From NCBI GenBank assembly GCA_964455705.1, contig CAYVYM010000002.1, positions 67,193 to 131,192 of the forward strand: a stretch of 64,000 bases of DNA. Direction: 5' to 3'. Under the pieces are notes generated by a model that did not search any database, was not told the origin of the DNA, and saw only the letters and a program-made list of their open reading frames with translations. This stretch comes from an uncultured Rikenella sp. (GTDB lineage Bacteria; Bacteroidota; Bacteroidia; Bacteroidales; VadinHA17). Below, piece after piece: positions 36,741 through 47,400 of the stretch; within the stretch, counting starts at the first letter, position 1, and each line of letters begins with the position of its first letter. The translations under genes were made by a program, and so were the position numbers.

Positions 36741-37655
36741 ATGACTAAGTGGACCATTGAACAGACAGGAGACCTGAGCGGAAAAAGAATAATCGTCACC
36801 GGAGGGGCCAGTGGCATCGGCTATGCTGCGTCGGAGGTGATGGCATCACAGGGAGCAGAGCTTGTTCTTGCCGTGAGGAACTTCACTAGGGGAGAGAAGG
36901 CTGCAGCGAAGATCAGGACTATGTACCCCGGTGCAGAGGTGACAGTGATGCATCTTGATCTTGGCGATCTTGCCTCTGTCAGGCAGTTTGCATCTGAGTT
37001 CGCCGGTCGGTTTGACAGGCTCCACCTGCTCATCAACAATGCGGGCGTGTGGGTGCCGCCATATGCGAAGACCAGGGACGGCTTCGAGCTTCAGTTCGGT
37101 ACAAACCACCTCGGACACTTTGCTCTTACCTCTCATCTTCTGCCGGTGCTCATGGCTACACCCCTCTCCAGGGTTGTAACCGTTAGTAGTATTGCAGCCC
37201 GGAGGGCGAAGATCCATTTTACGAACCTCGATGGATCAAACGGGTACAATCCAATGACTTTCTATCGCCAGAGCAAGCTGGCCAACCTGCTATTCGCCGT
37301 TGAACTTCAGCACCGGCTCGGGAGGGCAGGGGCTTTCACGATCAGCGTAGCCTGCCACCCTGGCATTAGTGTCACCAACCTGCTGTCACGCGGTTCAGGT
37401 CGGGAGACAGGTGTGATCTTGAAGTGGATGATGGGCATAGTGGCCCAGCCGGCAGCCATGGGAGCGCTGCCCATACTCTATGCCGCCACACATCCCGATC
37501 TGCGGGGCGGTGAGTATATTGGTCCTGATGGTCCTGGCAACACCAAGGGCAATCCCGTCCTGACCGATGATGTTTCAAAGCTTTTCGATTCGGAGGTGTC
37601 GGCACGACTCTGGAATATCTCCGAGGAGCTTACCGGTGTGAAGTACACAATCTGA
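36741..37655 (+). CDS. SDR-family oxidoreductase (retinol-dehydrogenase/WWOX-like subgroup)
   Basis: VTGGASGIGYA, NNAG, YRQSKLAN. The track start at 36732 is a TTG. Confidence 0.8.
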   Translation: MTKWTIEQTGDLSGKRIIVTGGASGIGYAASEVMASQGAELVLAVRNFTRGEKAAAKIRTMYPGAEVTVMHLDLGDLASVRQFASEFAGRFDRLHLLINNAGVWVPPYAKTRDGFELQFGTNHLGHFALTSHLLPVLMATPLSRVVTVSSIAARRAKIHFTNLDGSNGYNPMTFYRQSKLANLLFAVELQHRLGRAGAFTISVACHPGISVTNLLSRGSGRETGVILKWMMGIVAQPAAMGALPILYAATHPDLRGGEYIGPDGPGNTKGNPVLTDDVSKLFDSEVSARLWNISEELTGVKYTI

Positions 37656-37732
37656 TCTTCAGTCCAGAGTCAGCAGTGTACAGTCGGCAGTGACTGAGGA
37701 CTGAAGACTGCTGATTGCCGACTGATTATTTT
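37656..37732 (+). other. structured element: three interleaved inverted repeats followed by a T-rich tract
   Basis: A 37656-37665 pairs with A' 37698-37707 (10 bp). B 37670-37677 pairs with B' 37707-37714 (8 bp). C 37681-37689 pairs with C' 37716-37724 (9 bp). ATTATTTT follows. It begins 1 nt after the SDR stop codon. Confidence 0.55.
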
Positions 37733-37815
37733 GTGTAACATCCATCGAACAATCCTCGCTATTTTGTTGTTCTTTCTTATGATGAACAAATGTTGAACAA
37801 AACAGAGATAATATC

Positions 37816-38349
37816 ATGGAAACTACAAAATGGATAATTGACCCTGCGCACAGCGAGATTCAGTTCAAGGTCAAACACATGATGATCACAACCGTGACCG
37901 GCAGTTTTAAGGAGTTCAGCTCGGAGGTAGAGACTCAGGGCGATGATTTTACACAGGCAAAGATCAAATTTCAGGCAGCCACGGCGTCTGTTTTCACCAA
38001 TGCCGATCAGAGAGATGCACATCTTAGGAGTGCTGATTTCTTTGATATTGAGAAATACCCCGATTTAAAGTTTGAATCGACCTCGCTTGAGAAGGTTGAT
38101 GATGAGAATTTTTCCCTAAATGGCAATCTTACAATCAAGGATATCACCAAACCGATAAAGCTTGGTGTTGAGCCCGGTGGAACAGGCAAGGATCCCTGGG
38201 GCAATCTCAAAGCCGGGTTCAGCCTGACAGGCAAGATCAACCGGAAGGAATGGGGCCTGAACTGGAATACGGTGCTGGAGAGCGGCGGTGTTCTCGTCAG
38301 TGAAGACGTACGCATCTTTTGCGAGGTGCAGTATGTCAGGCAGACCTGA
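37816..38349 (+). CDS. YceI-family periplasmic/lipid-binding protein
   Basis: WIIDPAHSEIQFKVKHMMITTVTGSF...DAHLRSADFFD...LTIKDITKPI. Confidence 0.85.
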   Translation: METTKWIIDPAHSEIQFKVKHMMITTVTGSFKEFSSEVETQGDDFTQAKIKFQAATASVFTNADQRDAHLRSADFFDIEKYPDLKFESTSLEKVDDENFSLNGNLTIKDITKPIKLGVEPGGTGKDPWGNLKAGFSLTGKINRKEWGLNWNTVLESGGVLVSEDVRIFCEVQYVRQT

Positions 38350-38401
38350 TCCTGAGCGCAATCTTAAAACCAACCAGAGTTCATGTAATGCTAAACAACT
38401 A

Positions 38402-41400
38402 TTAATACAAGATTAGTATTCTTTTAGTTATTCTTTTATTTCCGGATACGAAGCGCACAATGTAGACACCATCTTTTAATGCCGGGTTGAATTCGTAATG
38501 CCCTGATTTATGAATTTTATCCATAAAAACAGGCTGCCCAAGAATGTTGTAGAGAGTCATGATTCCGGTCTGTCCTTCCGGAAGATCAACATCAGTTATG
38601 AGTACGCCATGGGATGCATAAACGGTGAACCAACCATTATCTGCAGGTATCTCAGTTATTGCGGTTTCTTTATCAGTGAAATTCAGAAAGAATCTGGTTT
38701 TATATTCACTGGCACCCAGGTAGATTTTGTATTCATTGCCCGGCTTAAGGTCCTGGTTTATTCCTGTAACTACATCCGAAAGGTAGATTAGTTTTCCGGT
38801 GAAGCTTCCTTTGGATTCACTAACCCTGAAAATCACTTCGCCGTTTTTTTCAGTTTTAAGGCCCAGAGGTATTGAATTAAGACCATTCTCTGTGGCCGGC
38901 AGAGCATTTATTGACAGTAAGTAATCATTATCACTGATACTGTAAAAATTTGTTACACTGGCATCTGTATTATATAGTTTAAGTGCATCGAGCTGACCAT
39001 CAAAATCTGAAGTAGCTTTATCATCAAAATATAAAACAGTAGGATCAAAAGAATCCGGATTATCAGAATAGCCTGCGACTATCCTCAGTAACGAAACCAC
39101 AGCAGTCTCCCTTGACTTCGTGAAAGGATGTGTCAGATTGGTTACCCTAACGTCATTATCCATAGCCAATGTTCCGGTGACCGGATAAGAACCGTCAGAC
39201 ACATGTACAAAGAAACCCTGCATTGAAGGGATTATATTATCAACAACCCCATCGCTCGAGTTACCATTGATGAAAGTGCTGTAGGTACCTCCATACTGAT
39301 CAGTTGTATTTGCTTTAAAGAAATAGAGAGAATTGTCAATATTGTCTTTAGTCCAGCCTGATGCAGCATTCCAGTCTATGGGAGACGGGTAGGGGTTCCC
39401 CACAAGATTGAAGCCCTGTGTATATATCTGATTATGATTATACAGTGTCACAGACATACTGCCATTGTTTACGATCCCGGCAATGTCAATTGTGATTGGT
39501 GCGGAGTTTGAACCAAGATTTACTGCGTAACCTGATAATGGGTTGAGGATGTTGGTTGATGTGTTATAGTTAACCCATCCTGAAAGAGGAGTACTATTGA
39601 AATACCTGTTTTCATCATAAGAGTACAAGGGGATAAATGATGCTGACAGGTTTATGTCATCGGCCAACTCATTTACTGTGGCAGACTGAAACGGTGAGCT
39701 GAAATATTTATATCCAAACCCGGACGAGAGGTATCTCTGCATTATTAAGTTTCCCAGAACCTGTCCTGTCCCTGTTCCGTCAATAAGGGCTGTACGGGAT
39801 TCCGTTGAAAGAAGCGTTATGTTTCCGTCTGAGTGTAATGTCCCGTTACATAAGAGTATCCTGCTGACTGTCTGTCCTGAGGTAATGACAGTAGTGTTAC
39901 TTCCTGTCGCAACGGAAAGGTTATCAAAAGCCACAGGGACCGTTCCTCTTATTGTCTGCACTGTTCCATTAAATGTGATGGTACTCCCTGTTGCGGTGAA
40001 GGAGCCGTTATTTTCCAGAAAACCACCTATGGAATGATTAAAGGAACCGGTTGTGAAGGCGGCTGATGGGCCAACTGTAATATTACCTTCGAGAATAAGG
40101 TTCTGGTTTGCAGCTGCTGTAGCAGTGCCTGAAAGTGTAAAATCATAGACTACATTGAGCTGTGAGGATGGCATAGTCTTTTCGCCACTGCCGCTAAGGA
40201 TCAGGATATTATAACCAGGCACAACACCGTTTGGATTGATCACTGTCTGGGCCGTCCCGTTATACTCGACGGTGTTTTTTATTATCCCGGCTTCAAGGGT
40301 ACCGTTGTTAATTATTGCACCTGAAATCTTTATATATGAATCCAACGATAAAGTTAAAGTTGCTCCGCTTCCAACTGTAAGATTGTTAAAAGATGAAGTA
40401 CCCCACAGGAATGCAGCAGGGTTCGTAAAAATGACATTGCTATTGCTGTTGTTGAAAGAGGCACTATAATCATTTCTCCATGCATATGTGCTGCCGTTTA
40501 AGGTTAACTGTGAGCCTGTTCCTGCATTTAAGATCGCTTCGTTGTCCAACTGCAGGGACTTTATTTCCGTTGATGCCGGGAGGGAAGGGACAAAAGTTGT
40601 TGTTGAAGCATCCGGTATGACAACATCGCTTCCGGAAGAAGGAACGCCAGGGGGAGTCCAGTTCCCGGCTTCAGTCCATGATGTACTTATCGATCCGTTC
40701 CATAATGCAACAGACAATTCTGAATCTGCAAGTGTGAGTTCCAGTGTCCCATATCCTGTTCGCAGAAAAAAGACAGGTATATTAATATCTTCAATCCAGT
40801 TATCGGTTTCATCATTTGCTTCCTGTTCCAATTGAATTATTCCCGCTGGCGGACCGGGATTTCCATTTAAGAATATAACAAGTTTACTTTCAGTATTACC
40901 GTTTAGTTCAGAATCGAGATAATGGAGTCTGAAGGCCCCGGTACAACCGCTGGAATTGTCCTGGATATATTCATAAATCCTGTTGATTGCTGAGGGTTTC
41001 CATGAAGGAGAAGTGCCAATTACAATCTTAAGATTTAGTCCGTCCGGAAAATCGCCGTTTGCATCAAGCGTAACAGTTGTGAATTGATTTCCAAAGGTGT
41101 ATGGAATACCTGCAACAAAACTGTCGCGTCTGACAATGCCAGTTACATCACCAATACCCAGAGTAGTGGAAGAAGGTCCCATAGTGATCATTTTAAGGGC
41201 GGGTCCGTCATACATATCCAGGGCTCCCTTTGTTGCTGACGGGTTGGAGCTTTGCAGATGAAGTACCCCGATCACTGTTATATCGCTGCTGAATGTGACC
41301 CCACCTGACCTGTTAATTGTAATATTATTGAATGAAGGAGGCGCAGTAAATATGTCCCCGGGTATTGTTATTGCGGAAGTTCCTCCAAAATACAACGAAG

Positions 41401-44400
41401 ACAGGACACTCGCATCAATATATCCGGCACTGTTACTGACAGTTCCATTGATTCCCAGCGTGTTTCCTCCCAAACTCAGATCCCCGTTGGTAAGAGTCAG
41501 GTTATTATTTATATTGGTATTCACTGACAGGTAAACTCCAAGATAGTTATCAATAGTTAAATTATCGAAATCTGTGGTGGTCGTTCCGTTTATTGCCTGG
41601 GCTGATGTGCCATTCAAAGTAATAGTTGTTCCTGAGGAGGGAGAGAAAGTGCCATTATTAATAAAACTCCCACCAATTGAGTGATCGAAGCTTCCGGTAC
41701 CAAAGGTTGTATTATTGCCTAGAATTAAATTGCCCAATACAGTCATTGTGTCGGATGCAATAGTTGAGGCGGTCCCTGCCAGTATAAAGTCACCGGCAAT
41801 GTTCAATGGAGTGCCAGGCATGGTTTTAGCCCCGCTTCCACTGAGGATGAGATTGTAAAATCCGGATGTCAGGCCATTTGGATTTATTATTGTCTGGTCA
41901 GTTCCATTATATTCTATTGTAGTTGGCGTGTAGGCGGCCCTCAGTATCCCGTTATTGGTCAGGGTTCCTGCAATTCTGGTAACTGAACCGGTTGAAAGTG
42001 CGACTGCTGCACCACTGTTTAAGGTAAGGTCATAAAAGTCTGTTGTACCCGATATTGTCGCATTTGGATTAGTAAAAAATACTGTACTGTTCCCTGCATT
42101 GAATATTCCGCCCTCATTACTCCATACACCGCTTGAGCCATTGAGTGTAAGTTGAGAACCTGTTCCGGAATTCAGTATTGCTCCGCTTTTTAAAGTAATT
42201 GTTCCGCAAGCTGTAAAAGGAGGCAGAACAGGATCGTTGGGTGTTGTGGCAGCATCAGGAATAATCACAACAGTATTATCTGACGGAGACCCGTTCGGAG
42301 TCCAGTTTTCTGCCGTAATCCATGAAGTACTTACTGATCCATTCCAGGTGAGGGACGTCAACTCTGATTCATCGGGAGAAATTTCCACCATACCAAAAGT
42401 TGGTGGGAAAAAAGCAAAATTTACATTGGCCAGCGTGATCCAGTTTTCAGTTGGATTGAAATTTGAACGTCCATGTTCAGTAAGTATTGAGCCTGAAAAC
42501 CTGTATGACCAGTTAACTATACTGCCCTCGTCATTTCCGTTCAGTTCAGAATCAAGGTAATGTGCATTTATAATAGCCAGGGTACCACTGGCCCCGGTCT
42601 GGATAATATCATGGATTCTTTGGACTGCTCCTGTTTTCCAGACAGGAGCAGTGCCAATTTGTACTTTAAGGCTTATTGAGGATGGTAATGTTCCCACGGC
42701 AGGGAAAAATACTGAAGTGTACTGATTCCCAAATGTATAGGTTACGTCAGGCAAAATTGTGTTTCTGGTAATAACACCAGTTACATCTCCGATTCCGATA
42801 GTAGTGGCGTCTGCACTCATGGTAAGGGTTTTGTCTGCAGAGCCATCCCACATGTCAAGACTACCTTTGGTTGCTGAAGGATTAGCACTTTGCAGATTAA
42901 CCACTCCGTTCACTGTCAGATCGCAACTGAAGGTTACACCGCCTGATCTGTTGATAGTGAGATTATTGATTGAGGGATCTGTCGTAAATAAACTACCGGG
43001 TATAGTAATTGCTGAGGTTCCTCCAAAACTCAATGAAGAGAGTGAGGTTATATCGACATTCCCGGAAATCTGACTGACAGCTCCATTGATACCCAGTGTG
43101 ATTTCTCCCACCCTCAGAGTCCCGCTGGGAAGATTCAGTAAGGAGTTTATATTTGTATTAATATACAAATTGACACCTGCACTGTTGTTAATAGTTAAAT
43201 TGTAAAAGTTTGTCAGGGAGGTTCCGCTTATGGTCTGAACAGAGGTCCCATTCATAATAATGGTGCTTCCTGCACTGGAGGTGAAAGTGCCATTGTTGGT
43301 AAGGTTGCCCTTCCCGGAATGTATGTAATTGCCGGCATCAAAGGTAGCACCTGCACCAATTGTTACATTCCCTTCAATAGTATACCCAGCTGCAGCAGTT
43401 GCCGAAGTTGTACCTGCCATTGTGAAGTCCCCTTTTACATTTATTGGATTGCCAGGCAAGGTTTTAGTCCCGCTGCCGCTAAGGATGAGATTATAATATC
43501 CGGGAATTGATCCATCAGGACTAATGATAGTCTGGTTCGAACCATTATATTCAATTGTATTTGGATTCAAAGCGGCATGAAGGACTCCGTTTTGTATTAT
43601 TGTGCCTGTAATCCGCATGATACTTCCGGATTCCAGGGTCAATCCGGCACCAATGTTCAGGGTAATATCATTGAAATTTGTTGTTCCGCTTATGGTTGCA
43701 AGAGCATTGGTGAAAACCACAGTACCTGTGCCGGGATTAAATATCCCGTTGTTGGCCCATGCGCCACTTCCTCCGGCAAGCCTAAAAACAGTACCCGTTC
43801 CTCCATTCACCACGCCACCTGCCTGTATTGTCAGAGTATTTATTGTGGTGCTGGCAGGCAAAGTTGGTTCATGAGGAAGGGAGGCAGTACTTGGAATTAT
43901 TACATCATCAGCGGATAGTGGAACATATCCTTTTGTCCAGTTTAATGGAATATTCCAATCGGTGCTGACTGATCCATTCCATGTATTCAGGACAGTCTGT
44001 GAATTAGCCATGGTGAGAAAGTCGGTACCAAAAGCAGAGGATAAAAACTCTACAGAATAATTTGAATAAACAACCCAGTTTTGCGTGGTGTTGAAGCCAG
44101 ATACGCCGTGTTCTATCGCTAACGGGTAACCGGGTTGCCAGCTCCAGATAACAAGATTACCCTCAGTGTTCCCGTTAAGTTCGCTGTCGAGATAGCTCGT
44201 AGCGGTAGTTGCATATGCTCCATTTGCACCTGTCTGTATAATTTCGTATATTCTTTGTATGGCATCGGGTTTCCATGAAGGAGCTGTACCAATGGTTACC
44301 CTTATACTCATTTCAGTTGGAAGTGTTCCCGTATTCTGGAATACTAATGTATTATACTGATTACCAAACGTATAACTGACGCCGGCAACAATACTTGTCC

Positions 44401-47400
44401 GTTTAACAGTTCCGGTAACATCTCCTGCCCCTAATGTAGTGGCATTAGCCCCCAGGGTGAGGGTGAAAGCCCCCATTGCGAGACTGCCTTTTGTTGCAGA
44501 AGGGTTAGCACTCAGCAAATTCAGTATTCTGTTTACAGTGAAATCGCTGCTGGCAGAAATGCCGCCGGATCCATTAATGGTTAAATTATTCACGCTGCCT
44601 GTAAAGATTAAGGCAGGGAGGGTTATGGCAGAAGAGTTTGTAAAAGAGAGGGTAGCAGAGGCATTGCCTGCATCAATGCTCCCGTTAGCACGGGTAGGTG
44701 AGTTCCCGGATAAAGTCAAGGTGTTTGCAGCAATGGTTATGGTACCGTTTGTTAACACAAGAGTGCCACCGACGCTGACAGAACCGCCCAGGCCAATGCC
44801 ATTCGCCCGGTTCAGCGTCAGGTTGTTGAGCACAACTGCAGGCAGAGTGGTTGTGGCGCCACTGCCTCCAATAATGATATTTGAAGTACTTCCCCCTGTT
44901 AATGTGCCTGCCGCAGTAGTAATTGAACCATTAATCGTCAATGTATTTGCACCGATTGAAAAAGCTCCGTTTGTTAAAGTGAAGGATCTGGTTATTATTA
45001 AGTCTCCATTGATTATCAGGCCGTTTATATTATTCAAACCGATGGCATCAGTTGTATTACTGACCAACGCTCCCGAAGGAATATTTTGAGCGGATTCTCC
45101 TGCAAATACGATTTCTGATGATGTTGCGGTGGCGTCTATCTGTGCCCCGTTTGTAAAAATAAGGTTACCGGTGATTGTAAGTTGGTGGCCATTAATAATA
45201 AACTTATAAGTACTTTGATCGTTAGTGATATTTTTCAGACTCCTGTCCTGGTCCAGCAGGCAACTTCTGGCCGGGTTAACTGCAAACATAATGTCAGCCC
45301 CATTTGGAGGGACAGACCCATGAGTCCAGTTACCCGCAGTTCCAAAGTCTGTACTTATAGTTCCTGCCCATACAAAACTATTTACTTCTAATGCACCCAT
45401 ATTAGGAACAGCATTCCTTGTAAGACCGCTATGGTCTGTTGTAATTCCCGTACCTGATACCCCGTTCAATATTGCAGAAGAGTAATAATCCAAAGCTATT
45501 GTCCCCCCTGCATTGGCAAAGAGAGGGTCTGTATTCATACTATTGACATCCTGTCCGGTGGCGGCCTGAAACAATGCCAGCGTTGTCAGGTCTGCTCCCG
45601 CATATCCTAAGACTCCATTTGTATTTGGAGCATAATAATCGTTATAATCAATAGTCAGGTTTGTATTCCCGGCTAAACGTATAGCATAGTGTTTGCCGGT
45701 TGTCCCTCCCGAGCGGGCATTGAACAAAATATTATTCCGGTAATTTCTTGTTGAAGTATTGGCAGCATTCCATAAAGCGCCCGTTGACGATGTTGTTCCG
45801 GCAACAGTACCACCAATATAAACAGTGTTAAAATAAATGGAATTGTTATTTGTTGAACCACTGTTATCCCAAATACCATTGATAAGATAACCGGTAGCAA
45901 TACCAGGGCCAAGGATGATGATATTGTTGGCACAGGTTGTAAGTCCATTCATCAGTACCATTCCATCCATGTCAGATCCGGTATTTGAGGATGAAATAGA
46001 TAAACTATGAACTAAGTTTCGTGAAACGGTATTTACTCCTGTAGGTGGTCCTGCATAGTATATCCCATAAATGTCTACCCTGGCAGTCGGGTGTGTACTT
46101 GACACATTATAAACAGTATTGCCATTCACACTTTGTGCAGTACCTGCCGTAGTGGATTTTTGCACAATACCTATCACCGGAGCACTTGTGGTAGATCCGG
46201 TCTGCCCGCTGGCTGTTGAAATGTTATATACAGTATTGTTTTGAATAGTATTTGATCCGGCAGAAGTTTCAATACCTATAGTTTGTGATACTGATGTTCC
46301 TGTAACTTCATTGGTTAAATTAGCGACAATATTGCCTGATATGGTTATAGTCCCCGTACCATCACTACTTATACCATTTACAATCTGACCATTCCATAGA
46401 CTTGTTGAACTGGCATAAATACTGTTGGAAGTGGTAGTGCTCCCGATTATATTATTGCTAATTATTGTAGTTCCTGTTGCTGCGGTCCTGTTTATTGCGT
46501 ATATGTTGCTTGCTCTTCCGGTGTTTGTGTTAGCAGCCGTTATGGAACCAATCCTATTATGCTGGCAATCAACAATCCCGACACTTGCAATATTAATTCC
46601 ATATATAGTCTGGCCGGAAGTCCCACTGGTTACTGTAATAGACCCGGTACCGGTTGATTCCCCGATTGAGTTTCCGGTAACGGTCCCAATATCCACATTC
46701 CCGGCTATTATATTTATACTTGTCCATGCCGCGGTTCCTGAATTACGCCAGTCGAAATTCTTAATTGTATTGTTTTGAACACTGCTTGCCGTAGCAGTTC
46801 CCACGTTTAAAAAAATACCATTAAAAACATTGTTGTTATTATTTGTTTTGGTCCAGGCTGAACCCCCACACAGAGCAGTACTACCACCTATATTGTTATC
46901 TGAGATAATAAACCCCGTGCCGGAGGTATTATTTATCTGGAGGGCTCTATATGTTACACCACCTGAAGGCACAAATGAAGTTGTTTCATAAAAACTGTTT
47001 CCCGTAATTATCCACGCCGAGGTGTTAGAAGAGAGAAATACACCATTGGAATTTGTGCCGTTTCTCAGGAAATCATAAATATTATTGTTGCTGATTATGT
47101 TTCCGCTGTTTTCCCTTCCTAACGTTCCGGAAGAAAAGATGGCATTTACCGGACGGCTGGCATCAGCAGCACTGGTTATATTATTGTTATCAATTGAATT
47201 ATTATTATTTCCCGCAGTAGCGTTACTTGTTGAAAAAAAAATAACACCACTTGTGGCGACCGTTTCCGAACCCTTAATTGTGCAATATTTCACAGAATTG
47301 TTCGTAGCAGTGTTGATCAGCCTGATAGTTGATGTCCCGGCCGTGGATGCTGTACTGTTATTCGTAATGATCAGGTCAGGTGTTGTACCTGTTGCATCAA

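Noticed and set aside
44439-45089. 216-aa ORF, plus about a dozen other 60-136-aa plus-strand ORFs inside 38510-47998
   Set aside because: All are antisense to the giant gene. The sense strand is dominated by Asn/Thr/Ser/Gly/Ile codons whose complements rarely give stop codons, so long antisense frames are expected. Their Val/Pro/Leu-rich translations have no motifs.
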